A DNA stretch of 64,000 nt from Lingula anatina (Eukaryota > Animalia > Brachiopoda), in the NCBI GenBank assembly GCA_051362555.1, contig CM120649.1:17064567-17128566 (forward strand). The letters run 5' to 3'. The translations under genes and the position numbers were made by a program. The notes under the pieces are model-generated. The model did no database searches, was not told the DNA's origin, and saw nothing but the letters and a program-made list of their open reading frames with translations. How positions within the stretch are numbered: the stretch's first letter is position 1; each line of letters starts with the position of its first letter. Positions 11,746 to 23,723 of the stretch are shown here, in pieces.

Positions 11746-14700
11746 TTAATATATGCTACACAGGGATTGTAAACTGCTTGGTTTTGACTCGTTGTACTGT
11801 TTTTCGGAGACAAAAAGATGAAGGGGGACATCAGAAGTGAAAATCTTGGGAAAGTGTCTTAGAGAATATTAAAGGGGTTATATAAAAATACATACTATTG
11901 TGCAAGACAATTTTTCTACAGAAGCTAAAAAACAACGAGTAAAATTCCTGTAAAAATTCGATAGATTTTATTAATTTCAACGTTTTAACACATCTTTTTT
12001 ATAATTGATCGCTATTTTGCAGTGTTTTTCCTGCTATAAGTTAAGTTTGTCTGCAAGCCTCACTCACAGTGATGCATTTGACAATTTGTGTTTTCTGCAT
12101 GATGAGGGTATTAGGCACCTACTGGTAGGAATATGGGTAATGTGCCATTACACTTAATGGAAAGAACTTTTTACTTTCAGCTCTGTCAAGCATATTTTCA
12201 CTATACCGGCCTCTAAGAGCAAGCTCTTCCAACCACCAGACAAATCGGTCAAAAAGTGGCAAGGTTGTGTTTTCACAGAAAAATTTAACTAGCTGAATCA
12301 TAGTGCTAAACCATACCAAATGGCACCATTCGCCTTTTTAAATACCAAAAATTTTGGGCCCCCCTTGGTAGTGCTGGTAATTAATTGTAGCAAACGCATA
12401 CATTGCTTGGATTGTGTTCTCCACAGAAGGTGAGTTCAGTTTGAACAGATCCATCGTAGCTTTCTGTTATGTTTCACATTATTCTATTATATAGGAAAAT
12501 GCATTCTATGTTATCTTTAATGTCACTGAATATATTACTGTATTCTATATTAAATTTAATGTCGCACGATATACTGTATGTATACTGTAAACAGTGCAGG
12601 TCTACTAAAAGCACTTTGACTTATACAGCATACTGTCCCTACATTAAACGCATTTTAATCCCTATGGTGTTACCAAGAATATATTCACCTAAAAATAAAT
12701 AAATTACATTGACAACGCATCTACCAAGATCAACAATGATATATAAACCCAATAGCCTTCGGATCATGTTCCCACTTATATTTTTTATCTTTTTTTAATC
12801 ACTCAAATCTTATCAACTCCGCCTTTCTAACGTGTAGGCTTGGTATCACTTATATGAAATTCATTCCAAAATTGATTTAAAACATATTTTAGTCCACGAT
12901 GAATCCCGTCCACTTTAAAGTTCGTGTTGTCCTGAATTATATTTTTCTTGCTCTCAAGCAGGCGTAACTATACAGATACTGAATTAACTTGTGACAAAGT
13001 AAAGGGGGGTCAGTCAATAGCTGCAAAATATTGGTTAGATGCAAAACCATAATGTAACGTGTTATCTATACATATATCTATTCTAAACACTAAATGAATT
13101 TTCACACGTGCCCACATTGATATTGTTTTTATTAAATGGGTCAAGTATTGGACGCTTCATATGGTATACCGGGCAAACTTTTGGCGTTGATTACTACAGG
13201 GGTTCATTTTCATCTTGTTAGAATTTCTGACCACCTGAACATATCTGGAAAGTGAGCACCAGAAAGGCGGTTCCACGACTGTAATGGCCTAATCTGGTCA
13301 AAAAAAGCTGTTTTCTTTCTTTCTTTTTTTAATGTGCAGTGCATACTGATGATAATTCGATATCAATATCAGTAAGACTCGGAAAAAATGGAAGCGCGAT
13401 CTACTGTACGTGAGTGGCGGATGTCATCTTCGGGGAGGAAAAAGTGCCAAAATCAGCCGATAAGAAGCATGTGCACGTTGCACAGGCGTCTGGCATTGCC
13501 TATAACATACTGTGCCAAACCTCCCAACATATTGCAAAATTTATTTATCATTAAAACATGTACGTAACTTTCTTAGCAGACTACCATAAACGTGTGACAC
13601 TGACGGTTGTCCGCTAGGAAACGTTGTCTGTTTTTCGTTACTTTGTACCGGTGAATTTCATTCGCTATACTAAACCCAATACTACGACAAACCGTAACTT
13701 GTACTAATCGTAAAGGGATCCACGGATTTCTATTTCTTGGCCTATAGCTCCTGGCACACCAGTACCCTTTGAGAAAACTAATGCCACTTACCAGATGATG
13801 CTCCTTTTCCTTTGAACAGAGTCGTGCCGTGACAACGTCCTGATGTATTTTCAACTAACGTTAAAATATAATATAAGTTCACATCACGTTTGTCGCCCAT
13901 ATCAGACCCGTAGCTTGACAGCCTATGGAGCATACAGTATTTGGGGCAGGTCATCAATTCCAAATAGATCTAATTGATTATAAAGTCCATGGTGATTGGC
14001 AGTGCATATAGCCAGTGTTCACGGAATATGAATACACTTCCTGGAAATACATTTCATTCCCATATGAAACCCGTACCTAAGCCGCATTTTGGGACATATT
14101 TGGGGCAGGCCATTAATTCAGAATGTAACTAAAACTTCAGGTACAGGCAGAACTGAGGATCGTCAAAACAAACAGCTTGTGTATGAAATATTATAAATAA
14201 TCGTAATGTATGGATCATGAATTCATTTCGTTTTTTATCACAAACACATATACCTTAGCACTTCTTTCACGTGTGAGATAAATTACTGTTCACGAGTGCT
14301 ATATGCCACAACGAGGTGCTCGAGGCATAGGCCTATATCGCGAGAGGCTGGTAGTTAATTATTTGATGTACATACCGAGAGAATACTCGCATTTTTCCAA
14401 AAATGCTCTTTTGGCCGTGATATGTCTTTCATATAATATATATGGTGGAAGTGTTACCGGATATAGTATGGTTTGGCGTGGTTTTACCTTTCACCACCCC
14501 TCCCCTTCTTCAGTATTCAAGCGGGTCATACCGATACGGGCAAAAATAAAGAAGGTAACGCGCAATTACACATGCCATACCAACAAATTGGCAGCTTGGC
14601 TAATTAACTTGGTCAATTAACTTGCTGATTATGCTGTTAACAATGCAAATACACCATTAAGACTGGGCACAGCCAGGCCCTAATAGAGTGTTTTCCACGA

Positions 14701-14828
14701 AATCGTGAGCATGCGCAGTTCGCGCCATTTTGTGCGGGACTGTTTCTCAGGGGGCAAGAGTAGAAGGGGCCTTCATGGACGGCTGTCACGATGTAAAGTA
14801 GATCTCCCTCTCTTTGCATTTATCGGTA

Positions 14829-15152
14829 ATGGGTGGTCATGACAACTGCTGTGTGTATAACTGCAGCCACCGGAGAGGTAGAAAAGACAATGTTTGTAGT
14901 TTTTTTTTTTTTTGTATTTCCAAAGACAGACGTTCGACATTGCTAAGGATTAGTGCCGCTGGTCGTGCGAACATTTCATTGAAATATATAACTGACAACT
15001 TCAAAGTCTGTGGCTGTCACTTCCAATCCGGGAAGCCAAACAGGAAAGATAGTATGTTTATTGATGCAGTACCATCAGCTGATTTACCAAAGTCACGCAA
15101 AACGGCTAAACAGTATTTCAAGTGCGACATGGGTCGAAGCGGCGGAGAGTAG
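14829..15152 (+). pseudogene. THAP zinc-finger domain remnant (N-terminus of the element's transposase)
   Basis: CCVYNC...KVCGCHF...DAVPS matches the C2CH THAP signature. The invariant P and W are lost and no DDE domain follows. Confidence 0.8.
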
Positions 15153-15919
15153 GACTAGAAAAATTATATTGAAGAAGCTAATCACAGCAAATTTACTTTC
15201 TTTCATCGTTTTATTTAGAAAAGTAAAACTGCGTACAAAAATATTATCACAAAGACATATTTGATTTGTTCACTGCTGAGCTGTTGCATGTCCAGGTTTG
15301 CAAATAAATTACTGTACTAGTAAATGCACTAGCATCGTGCCATCTTCCAATTAAAATTGATCTAAAAAAGCTGCACATTAACACCCGAGTAAAATAAAAC
15401 CAACCTACATGGCAAATTTTAATTTAAAGCACCATCACCTGAGACTAAGTTATAATTAAAAACATTACTATATCACAATATAATTAAATATCCATTGCAC
15501 TGCTAAATACATAAAATATATACAAATTGCACTGGAATCCTGCATCAACTGATCAATAAAATAAAAATCTAGTCTAAAAAGATGAAAGTTCACTCCTGAG
15601 AACCATTTCCATTCTACTGTATTCCGGTAAAACCTATATAATAGCACCATCTAATACAACCATATTTTAAAACCTTTTCTTTATCACAGTGTTATTTAAT
15701 ATCTATATCCATGTTAAATACACAAAAGAAAAATATTTTCAAAAAAAGGACTATTATCATGCAAGTATTATTATAACAGCATGAAAATAAAACACTAAAG
15801 ATTTTCACAATACAAGATCACAATGCAGAATAATATTGCACATATTCTCAGTTTGGTATTAAATGCATGTATAGAATAAAGCTTGAATTTTTGAATGAAA
15901 AAAAAAAAATGAAAAAGAA

Positions 15920-16411
15920 AAATGTTTAATAGTAGCGTACACCAACTCTGTCAAAATGAATGTCTTGTAAAAATTGGTCAGTTTAGGAACCACAGATGCC
16001 CAATGAACAGCATCAAACAGAACAGATTCAATGAAGAGATCCTACTCTGTGCATCATACTCATGAATGTTGTACACAGCCATTTGACCCTGGACTTGAGT
16101 GAAGTAGCTATGTTTCTGATTCAAATATGGCCTGTTGTTTTCGTCTAGCTTTAAACATGACAGTTTTCTGGTGACACAGAGTGGTCCACTAAAGCTGTTT
16201 TGTAGATTTTCTGCACATATCCATCTTGAAAATACCGATAAGCTTTCAGACTTTTGAATGCCCGCACAAATTTCTTGTCGTATGTTCTGTCCTTGCTGTC
16301 TATGAGATACGTTTTCAGTTCTTTCTTTGAAAAGTCATCAGGTACGTCTGTTAAATTTCTATTCCAAGTACTCGCACGAATGTGTTTTCGAAAAAATTCA
16401 GGTGTTATCAT
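15920..16411 (-). pseudogene. YqaJ/lambda-exonuclease-like protein remnant (second gene of the element)
   Basis: N-terminal RAFKSLKAYRYFQDGYV. After a deletion and frameshifts come CLKLDENNRPYLNQKHSYFTQVQGQMAV and DLFIESVLFDAVHWASVVPKLTNFYKTFILTEL, typical YqaJ C-terminal motifs. Confidence 0.8.
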
Positions 16412-16664
16412 GTTACAAATCCTTGAAAATTCAGATCGAAACGAGCACTCGTCGATATGGCGTCCGTCGTGTACACTCCGCACTTTCCCCTTGAAACTTC
16501 AAATCCCGCTAAATCTCGTGTTTTAACGGAAAATTTAGCGGAAGTCACGTGACCGTGGAAAACACTGTATTAGGATGGGGTCTGGGCCTCTTAGGCATGT
16601 GACTAGATTAGGACTGGGCCTGTGGCACATATTTATATGGCTCAGAGTTTGGTGATTGTGTTAA

Positions 16665-19129
16665 AGGGTTTGCTTCATGCCGTCAGAATGGCCTGAACGG
16701 AACATATTCTTCAGAAAACATGCCCAACTAACGATATCTTTATCCAAATACACAAATTAAAAGCTCATTTTGTAAATTTTTGGCTTTAAAAAACGTCCTA
16801 TTTGCTCGGCCTGGGAGTTAATGAGCTACGTGGTCACGTGGTCCAATGACGACAATCGAGCCACTGGAGAACAGAGCGTGCTTAGCTGTCAAACTGAGCT
16901 GCATTGTCTACCTGTAAGATGACTTCTCTGGCTTCTGATAAAAGTTTATACTCATTCAAATCTCTTACCCGAGGGGTCTAAATCCTCGTGAAGCTGTGTA
17001 AAACCATTTCCCGTCTAGTCATTTCTTTAACAAGCATTTCATTATGGTTATCCCAAGTTGTATAAAACACTGCATTTGAATGAGTTAAGGGAAATGTTGA
17101 TTATTGCATATGAGGTCCATGTTATTTGTGAAATTCAATTTATTTTATTAAACCGCTGACACTCCGTCTTGCATACTTTTATTAAACTGAGGTAAACAAT
17201 GCCCGTTACCTTTACAAGTCCTATCTTAATCATCCATCTAACTGGAACTTCCTTTACCTCTTAATTAGAGGGTTAAATGGCATTCAATTTGTCTTGCTTG
17301 TATCGAACGCACTCTCTATCTAAGCTTTACTCCAGTTATCTCAGGTAAAAATCTACCTGTGCGTTAGTTACAAAGCGCAGCTCCCGTAGACCTGGGGGTA
17401 CTAGATAAAATCTGAACACCAGGTTTATCGAGGAGCTAGAGAAAGAAAGGAAGAATTTTTCCTGCACAACTTCATAGGAATTTTAACACGGACTTGATCC
17501 AGCTTAGACCTCCAAACTAACAGAGTGACATGGGCAATTTTCACAAACAAATCATAAAACTATATTTCAGTTAACCGCCTTTAAAATAAATATACCGTTC
17601 TGGGTAAATTAAAATAGTTATTAAATCGCAAGAATATTTTTGACTTAAATGATGATTTTATTATTAATGGATATTAAGCTACTATATGAGGTACATTTGC
17701 TGTGATTACGCTGTCCTTCATGTTTTGCGTAAGTCTACATTTTGCTGTATGTGCTTGTAATCTTTTTAAATATGTGCGTACAATTTTTGCAGGTCTGGTT
17801 ACCCCCCTGTTATGTGATGAGAGTATTAATTTGGCAATTAGTTCCTTAGCTTATTTGAATAGAATTGCAGTGTAAAATTTTCAACAAGATGTTGGCGAAA
17901 TAGCCCATTACTCTTTGTAGGTATTTCCCCCGTCAAAGTTTGTGTAAAATTATCTTTCAATCTTTACTCTTTCAAAGACAGTATAAAGTTACCTGACATA
18001 TTTTCGTGTAAACTTAATGACAAGCCAAGTGTCTCCAGTTCATTCCGTACTCAATTTTACCCAAGCAAATTTTTTTCTTGAGTAGATCTTTATAGCACGG
18101 TGTTATAAGCTTACAAATTTGCAAAAAAAAAAAAAAATTGCGTACTGACGCAGAATTTGCGTTTCAAGTTTTTAAATAATCAATCTTTTAAATTATTTAA
18201 TATTTCAGATGAAATAATCTTCAGAAACAAATCCTCAAAGCATAAACGAATTAGGATAACGAACCATTTTATTATAGCAGTTCCCATTTTTTCTTTAATA
18301 TAACGCTCTTTTTCCTGTTTTTCCTCAACACGTTTTCTTCCACGGAAGCTTCAAGATACCCTGAGAGCAATTTCTTTTATTAATGTTCGCGACCGTGTTT
18401 GAACTTAATTGTTTAAGTATTGATATTTAACGTCATTTACAAATACCAATAAAATAACCCCATGAAATAAATGAGATATATTGAAAAATATGAAAGCCCA
18501 CCAAGACGAGTTTCATACCTGTTATTACCTGGCTTGGGAATTGCAGCGGTGCATAATTAACAGGTTTGTTGTAAACGAGCTTTTGGTCAACTACAATGCA
18601 TTTAAAATGCATCAGCAATCAGTAAGTTTGCCAACTGATGACAGTTAATCTGAAAGACTACCAGCTCTTGATATGATCTAAACCACCTGAGGTGACCATG
18701 ATCTAGAGCATCGCAACTATTGTCACCAAAGTTAGTAAGTAAGTCACGGAAGACCGTCACAGACAAAGAAAGATTGTCAACGAGAGCTGCAATTTTGGTG
18801 AATCCCACGGCAACACACCGAGGCATAACGAAAATTCCTCAACTCCGTTCAACACACCTTTCCTTAACTTCTCCGTCTGTATGCACCATGCAGCTCAGTT
18901 GAGTCTCATAGACCTCTATCGTGATTGTCGTCACAGTACAACGTGACCCAGATCTGTTGCTTCATTTTTGCATATTGAGGTGAGGTTTATTAAAACGCTT
19001 TTTTTCTACTAATAGATTGTTTTTATCATTTTTAAATGGCGGGGATCGATTAAAACATACATCTAGTGTATAGATTGAGTGCTGTATCTTCAAAATTTTA
19101 GAAATGGATTTTTACATGAACATTGTCCT
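16665..19129. mobile_element. Non-autonomous TTAA-specific DNA transposon, Kolobok-like
   Basis: TTAA duplication (16661-16664, 19130-19133), AGG...CCT termini with imperfect 15-bp TIRs, and subterminal inverted motifs (AACTGAGCTGCAT / ATGCAGCTCAGTT). Absent from the B and D 3' flanks. Weak THAP-like start MPRCVAVG at 18826(-). Confidence 0.7.
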
Positions 19130-19197
19130 TTAACTCCTTTGACTTATGAAAACAAAACTGGAACTAATTGATCAAAAAGAAAGAAAATTATATGTGT

Positions 19198-19492
19198 GAA
19201 AATAGTTTCATTGGATCTAAGTTTTGATAGTCAGAAAGGTTTCATTTATGCTAGATCCTGAAATTTGATTTACCTGGACTGTCCCATGTGTATGACGACA
19301 TTCTCAAACCCACCCTGGGGGATGGGGCGAGAGGGGCTAACAAGTCATCATCAAGACTGAGATAATTACCTGTTCACTTTCACCTGAACAAGTAATTCAG
19401 TTGTGACTAAGTCTGTCAGAGTGAACAGACGAAACAGTCAACAGGTAAATCAAATTTCAGGATCTAGCATAAATGAAACCTTTCTGACTATC
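19198..19492. mobile_element. Penelope-like retroelement relic: inverted repeat, tail and 14-bp target duplication
   Basis: AAAATTATATGTGT is duplicated (19184-19197, 19493-19506). Perfect 51-bp inverted arms at 19226-19276 and 19442-19492, with a 28-nt extension outside the left arm and a hammerhead-like core at 19403-19439. The insertion is certain; the family is inferred. Confidence 0.55.
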
Positions 19493-21406
19493 AAAATTAT
19501 ATGTGTCCCTACCAAGGAGACACTGAGATGAATGAAATATAATGTCCAAACAAATGAGAGTATCCCTAAACCTATAAGTTATCACATATGCAAATTCACG
19601 TTGCATCAGATGTGCTTGATTCCCCAACTCCTTAAGCACAATAGAAAGCAATATAAAGGTGACAATAATCCTGCCCTTGCACTGGATATAAAGAGGCTTC
19701 TCGTAGACTTAGCAGTCAAAGTACTCAGCTCCCCCTCCTCCAAATAAAACTTTTTAGTGGGATTCGATGAACGAATGATTTGGATTTTTAAAAGCCTTTA
19801 AAAAGGTTTTATGAAAAATAATATGAAAAGAAAGAAATATTTGCTCTGCAGTGATAGATTTATTCAGAGAAATCTGCTCTGAGAACATAAAAAGCCAATA
19901 GGAGTAGATCTAGTACATTAGTACGTTATTTTTACTGAAGTAGAAAGGACTCAATTATCCAAGCATGAAGTAGACAAAGCCAAATTGGTTCCATTGACAC
20001 CCGTAAGTTGTCCAGCCAATGCGTACTGTATGATGTACTCATTTGTGTAGTTGACGGCCTGGGCAGAGGGTGAGCTGATAGTCCCGTTGTCTCTGAGGAC
20101 CTGCAATAAGGCAGCTACAGCGCCGGTCACAAACGGAGCTGCCATGGAGGTGCCACTCTTAGTAGTATATCTATTGTTTCCAGAGAAGTCAGCAACTTTG
20201 ATACTCTTACCCGGGGCGAAAAGGTCTACGCAAGGACCATAGTTGCTGAAGCTAGCCTTTGCAAAGTCGTCATTAAAGGCTCCGACAGTGAGGGCATTGG
20301 GAGTGCTAGCAGGAGAACGAGCACACGCGTCTTTATTGGAATTACCAGCTGAAGAAATTGCGGGGATTCCCGCTTCGAGTAGATCATCGACTGCGTCGTT
20401 CAGAGAACTGGAGAACGGCGCCCCAAGACTGATGTTAATAACGGAAAGACGCCCATTGCTTTGCACTGTTTGCTTTACCCACAGACATCCATTCAATATA
20501 TAGGAAATAGTGCATTGACCATTTAAACAAATCTTCAGGGAAATGATGTTAGCACGTTTTGCCACACCACAATTGATGCCCCCGATGATGCTGGCCACTT
20601 GAGTGCCATGACCATCGTCATCCACACTCGTAGATGTGGGCCATCCTGGAAAAAGAATTGAAAAAAAAGTAATCAACCATCCATATGTGTTGAACCTAAA
20701 ATGTCACTACAAAGAAGCAAGTGAAGTTGACACGCCGACTGTCACTTGGAACTCTAATTTTCTTCAAATATATGAAAAACAGACATTTGAGATGCATAAT
20801 GGCAGTTGTATTGTAAGCAAATTTTATGACCTGTCACCTCCCCATTTCCATTCAAAATTAAGAGAATCCAGATTTCCCAATCTTCACAATGGAGAGATAA
20901 CTTCACTATCCGAAGACAATTTTGGAATTCTTTGCAAACCTAGTAATGTTAAATGATTGCATTATCTGTCGTTGCACTTAAGACTGCTCCCTTTTTTGCT
21001 TTGCTCTTTTGCAAACCAGGTGATGCTTTTTGCTGCAACGCTGCATGGAGACAATCGGACACAACTCACCAATGGTAACTCTCCCTGTGAAATCTTTGTG
21101 ATTTGGATTGATGCCTGTGTCTGCCACATATAAATCTATTTCCTCTCCATCGCCCCAGATTCGATATTTGGAATTGTGTGGATTGCCATCAAGAGTGTTC
21201 AACCCCTGCAAGTATGGAAATATACAAAATACTAGCTTAGGCATATTGCAAAAACAGATTCTTGCATAAGTAATTTTCCCAAATGTGTGCAGTCAATGTA
21301 TAGTCTTGCTAGAAAGTAAATATCAAAATATACCAAGTTGGACATTAATCATGTTTAACATAGAAAATGCTTCATCTAACCCACCCATTGGATATACGAG
21401 ATAATA

Positions 21407-23067
21407 CAGACTTGACATTTAATATGGAATATTTCAGTTTCGAAGGTATGCCTAAGAAAAAATCCATCCTTTTTTCAAAAAACTCAGATCTCATATAAGA
21501 TATGTGAATGGAGAAGTGTGTAGTCAGGTGTGTCGCTTCCAATTCACTGAATTCCAGGTTTGTTGCGCTGCTGCATTATGTAATATGCAGTGATTTAATT
21601 GGGTAGTGATCCTTTGGGCAGGTCAAAGCTTGGCTTTGGCAAAGCATGGTTCTTCCAAAAAAGTATCCATATGTCGGTAACTACTGCATAGAAGAATTTG
21701 AAATTTGGCATGCAAGTGGTCAGTGTTGCAAGGTGTAAAATGAGCTATGCACTGCTCCGCAAATTTGTTAATCTGTGGCAGAATGGCTCGAACAAGCCAG
21801 GCATTGCCAGACAGATAATTGCGCCAAACGAAACGGTCCGCACAGTTTTATAGAGTAATGTCCAGACTGATGCACCTACACAGAGACCACACCCAATGTA
21901 TTGAAATCTTACCACCAGGGTACAGGACGTACTGTCTGTCGGGATATGTTGTTGCAACTAAACAAAAACCACCCAGTCCGTTCAGAATGAGGGGTAAATT
22001 GCCACCAAAACGCATTTTTCAAGGCCCTTAGCGAACACCAAACTGGTTTTAGCTGGTTAGAATACCAGACAACCTCGGGGGAACCCACTGTAAACAGCAA
22101 AACATCGCTGTATCTTTCTCTAATGAATTGGGGACCTTGACTGTTTCTGAGTTGAACACTGAAAACTCGTGGCTTTCTTTATTGAGGTCAGTTTTCACCT
22201 ATACCGCTCAACTTGTCAAAACAGAATTTACAGACATCCAGCAGAGGCCAACAACTAAGCGTGTGCCGCGTTTAAAGTGACTAAGTTCATTAACAGCGTC
22301 GGTAATTGGAGCGGATACCACATTGGTGCCAAAACACCAATGATGGTCATCCACGAAAACCTGAACCAGATCAAATAAAGGAATAATCTGGGAACCACTT
22401 GACTATCATTTGACAGGGGGCACCTTAGGAACAATTTTAGGTTGAACTGTGAAATTTCCGGTACACACAGAGCACTTTTAAAAGCAGATTACTTACAGAA
22501 CCAAGGGAATGAGCAGCTACCTTGGTAATCAAAATCGCCACATTTGAACCACATAGACAATATGTGGGTAGGCCATTACTCGCCGAATCAATGGCCTACA
22601 TGTCCTACAACAAAACTGGACCAAATTGGACAGATTTTGACCGATGCCTGGAATGTTATTCCAGATTTAACTCTAAAAACCTAACCCAAGGAATGCCTTG
22701 CCCCTTGAGAGCGCTGGTAGCAGACAGAAGAGGTCAAGCGTAACAGCGACCGTTACTGTGACTAGACACTGACATGGGGGTTCTTTGTGAGGCGTGTAAC
22801 TCTTTTACAGAAAATAATTTGGAAAATATGGAGATCCAAAATATCTCTTTTAATTGTTGACGTATGATATAGAATAGGCAATGTGTTTTTGTTTGCTTCT
22901 CTGGCGAATTCCATTAATTAACTGAAGACACAATGACATCAAAAGGATAATTAAAAGTTATTAAAACCCAATTTTAAGCCTTATTTCCATTTATCAGTCA
23001 GCAAAATAGGAAAAAACTGATGAAAAATGATTTGGAAAAAAATATTCCATATTAAATGTCAAGTCTG
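21407..23067. mobile_element. Non-autonomous Tc1/mariner/pogo-type element in intron 4 of C
   Basis: 28-bp TIR CAGACTTGACATTTAATATGGAATATTT with a TA duplication. The empty site gataaTAttaacg is in B at about 8455. No recognisable transposase. Confidence 0.85.
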
Positions 23068-23723
23068 TATTAACGATCTCTTAAATTCCTGGACAGAATT
23101 CTGAGTTTGCAACTGCACTTGTCAATATCAAATTAAATGCACCCTTAACTTCAAATATTGCCCAGAAATATGACAATGATTATAAGACTTTAACTTTATA
23201 AGTATGTAAGCAATAGCCAAAACGATTCAAACATTTAGAAAAGTTTGTTGTCTTCGTAACGGAAAGTGAACTGCTTTGAGAAATCACAATAATCAACATT
23301 CTAAAAAGTTATTAGAATTAAATTATATTTGGTAGATCATACCCAAAGACCTCTTCTATTGGCATTATTTGGTAAAGTATACTCTCTGCAGTATTCAGTG
23401 CTTAGTTCTAACTTGACGTCCTGTTCGATTTCCCCAATGACATTGGTGAGTTGAAGCAAATCTTCGAGGTTGCTTAAAATATGGTTAAATAAACTCATAA
23501 AAACAGTCATGAATTTCAAGAAGGTATATGTATTTCCTTGCTGTTAGTAAAAACAAATATATAATTATTAACTGATGACCAATGCGTATTTTAAATATTT
23601 CTTCCTTAAGAGCTTTGTTTTTTAACCCAAAGTATTATTTGATCGGTATTAAACAAAAATTTTAAAAATGTGTATAGGAACGGATGAAAAACAAACAGTT
23701 TAGAATGCACTGTGTCCAACCTT

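Larger units (their letters stand above)
14685..16568. mobile_element. Internally deleted ISL2EU-like (PHIS group) DNA transposon
   Basis: TIR AGAGTGTTTTCCACG / CGTGGAAAACACTGT with a 2-bp AT duplication (empty site ccctaATtagg at about 31922). It carries convergent THAP and YqaJ-exonuclease remnants. Confidence 0.8.

Noticed and set aside
21745-22400. Ulp1/C48 protease-like remnants (HHW, GCGL) inside the TA-TIR element
   Set aside because: The motifs are short, in different frames and interrupted by stops; not supportable without a profile search.
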